Below are positions 58,583-64,000 of a stretch of DNA of 64,000 nucleotides, piece after piece (position 1 is the stretch's first letter; each line of letters begins with the position of its first letter). The position numbers were made by a program, and so were the translations under genes. Under the pieces are notes generated by a model. It was not told where the DNA came from, did no database searches, and saw nothing but the letters and a program-made list of their open reading frames with translations. The DNA comes from Thermoanaerobaculia bacterium (GTDB lineage: Bacteria > Acidobacteriota > Thermoanaerobaculia > Gp7-AA8): positions 88,149 through 152,148 of the forward strand of contig DATHRD010000081.1 of the NCBI GenBank assembly GCA_035482045.1, read 5' to 3'.

Positions 58583-60478
58583 ATGCCCGGATCCGTCCGA
58601 GCGGCCGACGTCGTGGTCGGAATGCTCACCGAAAACACCGCGGGGATGCTCACGCAGGCGATCCGTCTGCTTCGCTCGCTGCGCTGGTTCGGCGGTGAGC
58701 TTGCGGAGGCGCGCGTGGTCGTGTGCGGCGTTGGCCCGCTCGAATCGGGCGCGCACGCGGCGCTCGAGGCGCTGGGTGCCGAGGTTCGCACCGTATCGCG
58801 TTTTCACCCTGCCAATCCGACGGCAAACAAGCTCCAGCTGCTCGCTGAACTGCTCGGGGTGCCGGGAGAAACCGTCTTCATTCTTGACTGCGACACCATC
58901 ATTGTCCGCGACCCGTTGCCGTATCTGACCGCCGATGCCTTTCAGGCGAAAGTCGCGCCGACGCCGACCGTGAGCGATGAGGTTTTCGAGCGTTTGTTCG
59001 CGCATTTCGAGATCCCGAAACCCCCTCGCTCCCGCGTCGCTCCGTTAGGCGGCGCACCGATGATTCCGTACTTCAACGCCGGCGTTCTGGTCATTCCGAA
59101 GGCCATGGCCCGAACTCTGTCGCCGGTGTGGCGCAAGTACAACCAGATCCTGGCCGACCATCCCGAGCTCATCGCGCCTTGTCAGCGGCACATGCACCAG
59201 GCCAGTCTCGCGCTGGCATTGGCGGAGACGGGACTGCCGTGCGTGGATCTGCCGATGGAGATGAATTTTCAGATCAACGCCACGCACGTTACGCGGCCGT
59301 CCGGATTCGCGGAGACGGACCCTGTGATCATCCACTATCACGAACTGGCCACGGACGATGGATTCCTGTTGCCGAGTCCTTATCCCGCCGCGCAGGCGCG
59401 GATCGAGATGTTTCACGAACGTCTGCGCGCCGAGGGGTTTACTCCTGAGCCGGCACCTGCCATGACGCGCGAGTCGCGTCCCGTCGTCGTTCTCGGCATG
59501 CACCGTTCCGGTACCTCGGTCGTGGCTCAAGTCCTCAACACATTAGGTGTTTACGCCGGCCGGCCGGACGAGTTCGCTCAGGCGGATATGTTCAATCCCA
59601 CCGGCTTCTGGGAGCACAAAGAGGTCGTGGAGCTCAATAACGAGATCCTCGCGGCGCTCGGCGCAAGCTGGATCGACCCGTCGCGCGCCGATGTTTCCCG
59701 GCTGTCCGACGATCGGCGCGCGGTTTACGTGGCGCGGGCCAGGCAGATTGTCGATCGATCGCTGCAGGGGCGCGGACCGTTTCTGCTCAAGGACCCGCGC
59801 ATGGCCTTGCTCTTTCCGCTTTGGCGCGAGGCACTGCAGAACGCGATCTGTGTCATCGCCTGGCGTGATCCGATGGCTGTGGCACGGTCGCTGGCCACTC
59901 GCGACAAGCAACCACTCCTCGTTTCGGTCGCCGTGTGGGAGCATTACACCCGCACGCTCCTCCGCCACTCGGAAGGATGTCCGCGCGTGCTCGTGTCCTA
60001 CGAGGCGCTCATCGCGGAGCCGGCCCGCGTCACACGCGAACTGCACGCCGCGTTGACCGGCTTCGGGATTGAAGGGCTGCGAGTCCTCGCCGAGGAGCGC
60101 GTCCGGCAGATCGTGAACTCCGACTTCAACCGCAGCGGGCGCGGGGCGGAGGCAGACGAGACGCTGTTGGACGACGCCCAGCGCACACTTGTCGCGGACC
60201 TGAGGAGCGGTGCGGTGCTTCACGGGCCCGTGGCGCCCACTCCGCCTCGCACGCGGGAACTGCTCGCGGAATTCGGCGAGCTCGACGCGCTTCGCCGCGA
60301 GCTCGTCGATCGAGATCGGATTCTCACCGAACGGGATCAGCTTCTCAATGTGGTGTTCGAGTCGAGGAGCTGGCGCATCGGTCACCGGATGACCGGTCTT
60401 CTGCGGTTTCTGCGGCGGAGCCGTGACGTCTCCGCGGTGGATCGATGGCGCGAGATGCCGCGGCGACGGCCCAGGTAA
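58583..60478 (+). CDS. Fusion protein: GT8-like nucleotide-sugar transferase domain + sulfotransferase domain + C-terminal coiled-coil
   Basis: N-terminal part: FILDCDTIIVRDPLPYL (DxD) and IPYFNAGVLVIPK. Middle part: PVVVLGMHRSGTSVVAQVL (PAPS 5'-phosphosulfate loop) and IAWRDPMAVARSL (3'-phosphate motif). C-terminal part: ELVDRDRILTERDQLLNVVFESRSWRIGHRMTGLLRF. Confidence 0.7.
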   Translation: MPGSVRAADVVVGMLTENTAGMLTQAIRLLRSLRWFGGELAEARVVVCGVGPLESGAHAALEALGAEVRTVSRFHPANPTANKLQLLAELLGVPGETVFILDCDTIIVRDPLPYLTADAFQAKVAPTPTVSDEVFERLFAHFEIPKPPRSRVAPLGGAPMIPYFNAGVLVIPKAMARTLSPVWRKYNQILADHPELIAPCQRHMHQASLALALAETGLPCVDLPMEMNFQINATHVTRPSGFAETDPVIIHYHELATDDGFLLPSPYPAAQARIEMFHERLRAEGFTPEPAPAMTRESRPVVVLGMHRSGTSVVAQVLNTLGVYAGRPDEFAQADMFNPTGFWEHKEVVELNNEILAALGASWIDPSRADVSRLSDDRRAVYVARARQIVDRSLQGRGPFLLKDPRMALLFPLWREALQNAICVIAWRDPMAVARSLATRDKQPLLVSVAVWEHYTRTLLRHSEGCPRVLVSYEALIAEPARVTRELHAALTGFGIEGLRVLAEERVRQIVNSDFNRSGRGAEADETLLDDAQRTLVADLRSGAVLHGPVAPTPPRTRELLAEFGELDALRRELVDRDRILTERDQLLNVVFESRSWRIGHRMTGLLRFLRRSRDVSAVDRWREMPRRRPR

Positions 60479-60549
60479 ACCGCTGCCCAATCTTCGCTGC
60501 ACACCCTGTGTTATATTGATCGACCCCGCGCAGTCCAGCGGGTTGCGCC

Positions 60550-61584
60550 ATGATCGAGATCCAGATCGTTCCGAGCGATATCCGTCGCCGCGTGCGCTAC
60601 GTCTTCTTCGACCGTAGCCGCGTCGTCGCCAGCCTGGTATTGCTCTCGCTCGTCCTGGCGGGCCTGCTCGGATCGATGGCGGCTGCCCCCACGGTGATCC
60701 GCCGCGTATACAAAGACAACTACCTCAAGTCGATGCGCAACGAGCGCGACATCCAGCGCGGGCGGCTTCAGGAAAACGTGGTGCAGATGACCTCGCTCGA
60801 GCGCAGCCTCGAGGAGCAGCGCATCCGCGTTGAGAAGCTGGTCACCGTCTATGGTCTCGACCGCAACCTCGGCGTGGGCGGCTTCTCGCTGCCGATTCGC
60901 GGTGCGAAGACCGACGCCGACTTCCATATCGACGACGCGCACCTCCGCGAGGCGGCCCTGCGCAACGCCATGCGCCGTCTCCAGGACCAACTCGACCTGT
61001 TGGGCCGTTATGAGACCGAGAACGCCGACCTCGTGCGCCACACCCCGTCCATCCTCCCGCTGCCGGCCGACCAGTTCGTCCTCACGTCGCCTTTCGGCAT
61101 GCGCATATCGCCGTTCACCCGCGCAGCGGATTTTCACAAGGGCCTCGATCTCTCCGCTCCGACCGGCACGCCGATCTACGCCGCCGCCGATGGCGTCGTC
61201 AGTTTCTCCGGGCGCTATCCGTTGCGCGAGAGCGTCCCCTGGTGGCGCTTCGGCAACGTCGTCGTCATCGATCACGCCGACCGCTTCGTCACGATCTATG
61301 GCCATTGCGACACGGTCAAGGTGACCGCGGGGCAGAAGGTCAGGCAGGGTGAGGTCATCGCTACCGTCGGCTCGACCGGATGGAGCACGAATTCGCATCT
61401 GCACTACGAGGTGCGCAGCGATCTCGAACAGCCTGGAAGCTACATCCCCATCGACCCGCGCATTTACATCCTCAACTACCAGTGGAACAATGAAGCATCC
61501 CTGTTGATGAAGTCGCGTACCAGTAAGGATTACAAGGATTTCGATCCTCTTCCATCGGCGTTTCTTGGGCGCAGGAGGGTGTGA
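60550..61584 (+). CDS. M23-family metallopeptidase with N-terminal TM and coiled-coil
   Basis: FHKGLDLSAPTGTPIYAAADGVV...VVIDHADRFVTIYGHC...VGSTGWSTNSHLHYEVR (HxxxD and HxH motifs of PF01551). Confidence 0.9.
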   Translation: MIEIQIVPSDIRRRVRYVFFDRSRVVASLVLLSLVLAGLLGSMAAAPTVIRRVYKDNYLKSMRNERDIQRGRLQENVVQMTSLERSLEEQRIRVEKLVTVYGLDRNLGVGGFSLPIRGAKTDADFHIDDAHLREAALRNAMRRLQDQLDLLGRYETENADLVRHTPSILPLPADQFVLTSPFGMRISPFTRAADFHKGLDLSAPTGTPIYAAADGVVSFSGRYPLRESVPWWRFGNVVVIDHADRFVTIYGHCDTVKVTAGQKVRQGEVIATVGSTGWSTNSHLHYEVRSDLEQPGSYIPIDPRIYILNYQWNNEASLLMKSRTSKDYKDFDPLPSAFLGRRRV

Positions 61585-62357
61585 TGAGCAGCAACGCCGC
61601 CGACCAGGCAAATTTCCCGACGATGATCATCCCGCGTGGGACGGAGATCCGCGTCAACGCTACCGGCCAGCTATCGATCAAGACGCCGGGCAATCTCGTC
61701 ATCCAGAACTCCGGGACGTACTCGGATATCGAATCGACCAACGGCTCGATCCGGATCGAAGAGAACGTGACCGTCGAGGCGGTGACCATCCGGGCCGGTC
61801 AGGCCTGTTTCATCCAGGGCACGCTCACGGCCTGGCGTGTTCACGCCAAGCGCATCACCCTCGAAGAGCGCGCCAGGGCTTTCATCATGCTGCAGGAGTC
61901 CGAGCACCTGGAGATGGCCAAGAACGCGCGTCTGGTCGGCAACTTCTCGGACGAGAAGGAGCTCTTCTTCATGATGGGGAAGTTCAGCCCTCAGCTGAAA
62001 GAACTGCCGGGCGCGGTCGACCTGGCATCGCCGAATACGCTCGCAGGCCGCGCGCCCGCCGCCTTCATCCCGGCGGCCTCGCAACCTGGCACGATGCCAA
62101 CGCCGGCGCCGGCGTCGCGTGATGACAGCGGCGAGCACCTTCGTGTCGCGCAGTCGCTCCTGGAGCGTGAGATCAGCCGCACCGATCTCGCGCCCGCCGA
62201 GGCCGAAGCGCTGCGCGAAGTGCTGTACGCGCTCCGCGAGCGGAACGTCACACGCGTGGGCGGTATCTACCGCGGTGCCTTCGCCGAGCTGAAAACGCAA
62301 AGCGAAGGGGTGCGGCAGGCGTACGAGCATCTGGATAAGCACTTCGGCGCGCGCTGA
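61584..62357 (+). CDS. Putative bactofilin-like (beta-helical polymer-forming) protein with a helical C-terminal extension
   Basis: ATG 61584 overlaps the M23 gene stop (TGATG) and has RBS GGAGGG upstream. The N-terminal 110 aa show alternating short hydrophobic-turn periodicity (IIPRGTEIRVNATGQLSIKTPGNLVIQNSGTYSDIESTNGSIRIEENVTVEAVTIRAGQACFIQGTLTAWRVHAKRITLEE) reminiscent of bactofilin (PF04519). This is a weak assignment. Confidence 0.4.
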   Translation: MSSNAADQANFPTMIIPRGTEIRVNATGQLSIKTPGNLVIQNSGTYSDIESTNGSIRIEENVTVEAVTIRAGQACFIQGTLTAWRVHAKRITLEERARAFIMLQESEHLEMAKNARLVGNFSDEKELFFMMGKFSPQLKELPGAVDLASPNTLAGRAPAAFIPAASQPGTMPTPAPASRDDSGEHLRVAQSLLEREISRTDLAPAEAEALREVLYALRERNVTRVGGIYRGAFAELKTQSEGVRQAYEHLDKHFGAR

Positions 62358-62392
62358 GCTGCGCGGCGTGAGCCGCGCAGTATCATTCGGCC

Positions 62393-63094
62393 TTGCTCCC
62401 TCTCGCAGATCACAATCCGCGACAGACGACGCCTGTTGTCAACATCATCCTTGTGGCCGTCAACGTGATGGTGTTTCTGTGGGAGATATCCCTCGGACCG
62501 CAAATCGAGCCCGTGCTGTTCAACGTTGCCTTCGTTCCTGCGCGTTTGTGGCACGTGCCCGGCGCCCTGCTGCCGAACGTCATCACGATGTTCGTTTCGA
62601 TGTTCCTGCACGGCGGCTGGCTGCACCTCGGCGGGAACATGCTCTACCTCTGGATCTTCGGCGACAACATCGAGGACCGCCTCGGGCACGGGAAGTACCT
62701 CTTCTTCTATCTCGCCTGCGGCCTCCTGGCCACGCTCACACACGCGGTGATGAATCCTGAATCACGCCTGCCGTCGATCGGGGCCTCCGGCGCGATTGCC
62801 GGCGTCCTCGGCGCGTACGTCGTGCTCTTTCCGAAGCAGCGGGTGACGACGCTGATTCCGATCTTCATCTTCATCATCGTCCGCGAGATCCCGGCGGTGT
62901 TTCTCCTCGGCTTCTGGGTCTTGATCCAGATCTTCTTCGGCGCCGCGTCGATGAGCGGTGACCTGCAGAGCGCCGGTGGCGTCGCTTACTTCGCACACAT
63001 CGGCGGCTTCGTCGCCGGGATGCTGTTGATCGTCCTCATGGGCGGCTTGCGCCGACGTCCCCGGGCCGTGTACTCCGATTACTGGCGGCGATGA
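62393..63094 (+). CDS. Rhomboid-family intramembrane serine protease
   Basis: TTG 62393. HGGWLHLGGNMLYLWIFGDNIE, catalytic GASGAIAGVLGAY, and AYFAHIGGFVAG (catalytic His). Confidence 0.9.
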   Translation: MLPLADHNPRQTTPVVNIILVAVNVMVFLWEISLGPQIEPVLFNVAFVPARLWHVPGALLPNVITMFVSMFLHGGWLHLGGNMLYLWIFGDNIEDRLGHGKYLFFYLACGLLATLTHAVMNPESRLPSIGASGAIAGVLGAYVVLFPKQRVTTLIPIFIFIIVREIPAVFLLGFWVLIQIFFGAASMSGDLQSAGGVAYFAHIGGFVAGMLLIVLMGGLRRRPRAVYSDYWRR

Positions 63095-63999
63095 GCGATG
63101 CGACTGCTTCGCGAAGCGAGGTAACTCGCAGTTTCGACAGGCCCGATCGTATTGACGAACGTGCCGGTTCCGATCTCCAGCCCGGCGATCATGGCGGTAC
63201 GCGGAAGGAGCTCGAGGTACCAATGCCCGCGGTGCTCGTGCGGGAACGTCACGAACGCCCAGTTGAATGACTCGCTGACGCCGCGCATTGCTCGAACCGA
63301 GGTTTGTATCAGCGAGGCCAGCTCGCGCGGTGTGTTGAGGTCGTGCTCGTGCTCCTTCGGTACGATCCATTGCTGGTAGGCGAAACGCGCGCCGCGCGGA
63401 GCGATCCAGCGGTAGTGCCCGGTCTCGGCGATGAGTGGATGCTCGCTTACATTGCACAGCGGGCACGTCGCCGCACGCGCGAATGCTTCCCCCTCAGCGG
63501 CAACGCGCGGCGGCACGAACGGGAGGCCGACGAGCTGTGAGTGCAGGTGCGGGATCGATGCGCCGGCCAGGCGACCGTGGTTCTTGAAGATGCAGACGTA
63601 TGCACTCGTCGTTGCCAGCGCGTGGTAGCGCTCGAACGTGATCTCGACGGCGCGCTGTGCATGATCCGTCACGAGATCGTCGAAGGCATCGTCGTGCCTG
63701 GCGCTCTCGACGACGATCTCGGAATGCTCGGTCGGTGGGTACCGATTGGGGAAGGCGCGAATGCGCCACGGGTCGCCATTACGGCAGATTTCCGGTGGCG
63801 TCTGGTCCTCCGCACCAGGGCAGAAGGGACACGGTGCGCCGTCGTAACCGTTCGGCCGCTCCTCGCGCCCGGGCGCGAGGATGACCGGCTCGCCTGTGAT
63901 CGGGGTCTTCTCGATCACGAACGCTCCAGCCGGAGAGCGACGCGAAAGCGCTGCACCACGCCGAAGAACGCGAAGACGATCATCACGGCGGCCAGCCAT
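63079..63999 (-). CDS. galT: GalT-family (HIT superfamily) hexose-1-phosphate nucleotidyltransferase
   Basis: CPFCPGAED (zinc knuckle), FPNRYP, IVVESARH, NHGRLAGASIPHLHSQL (HxHxQ active site). The start is ambiguous: ATG 63999 or GTG 63918. It overlaps the rhomboid 3' end convergently by 16 nt. Confidence 0.8.
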   Translation of the reverse strand: MAGRRDDRLRVLRRGAALSRRSPAGAFVIEKTPITGEPVILAPGREERPNGYDGAPCPFCPGAEDQTPPEICRNGDPWRIRAFPNRYPPTEHSEIVVESARHDDAFDDLVTDHAQRAVEITFERYHALATTSAYVCIFKNHGRLAGASIPHLHSQLVGLPFVPPRVAAEGEAFARAATCPLCNVSEHPLIAETGHYRWIAPRGARFAYQQWIVPKEHEHDLNTPRELASLIQTSVRAMRGVSESFNWAFVTFPHEHRGHWYLELLPRTAMIAGLEIGTGTFVNTIGPVETASYLASRSSRIAHRRQ

Positions 64000-64000
64000 T

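Noticed and set aside
1-64000. tRNA, rRNA, tmRNA, RNase P or SRP RNA genes, transposases, integrases, cas genes.
   Set aside because: I scanned the intergenic regions and the ORF list by eye and saw no cloverleaf-like sequences, no rRNA-like conserved blocks, and no DDE, tyrosine-recombinase, serine-recombinase or Cas-like ORFs. Small ncRNAs cannot be excluded without an Infernal scan.

Overview
High-GC bacterial chromosomal segment. Gene content and repeat style suggest Acidobacteriota, but that is inference only. I call about 45 protein genes and see no rRNA, tRNA, transposase, integrase or CRISPR. (1) nt 2-17820 is my top candidate for an undescribed system: two paralogous giant exported proteins (tandem ~87-aa Cys-paired Ig-like repeats plus a parallel beta-helix-type C-terminal region) bracket an operon of three phage-tail-collar (MdpB-like) paralogs that is insulated by terminators. 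No other phage genes occur anywhere in the window. (2) 17.8-25.3 kb is an accessory patch. It holds a decayed sulfotransferase gene, a MazF/RHH toxin-antitoxin pair with an apparent 1-nt frameshift, a relic second antitoxin, a GNAT gene and an AAA_14/DUF4143-type ATPase with a 97-aa partner. It also holds a ClpX-like AAA+ ATPase translationally coupled to a secreted beta-helix protein, and a Tat-signal protein. (3) ftsY is preceded, to within 7 nt of its ATG, by a ~410-bp array of 21/22-bp repeats with palindromic cores. (4) Next come a short exosortase-family gene pair, a blaI/blaR1-like pair with a TACA/TGTA operator, DUF1579, YbaK-like, GHL10-like, pseudouridine synthase and MutS-related genes, and a HigBA-like pair. 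(5) An ECF-like sigma/anti-sigma pair sits beside a 2,037-aa Ig-repeat lipoprotein and a convergent secreted TPR-CHAT protease; this is my second candidate system. (6) The rest comprises BNR and VPS10-type propeller proteins, a second (21-bp) tandem array with an 18-bp perfect palindrome, a GT gene divergent from a GT8-like/sulfotransferase fusion, M23 peptidase - bactofilin-like - rhomboid, and a galT-like gene. Intergenic DNA is packed with several families of long palindromic (MITE/REP-like) elements. All family assignments come from motif recognition by eye; no searches were run.
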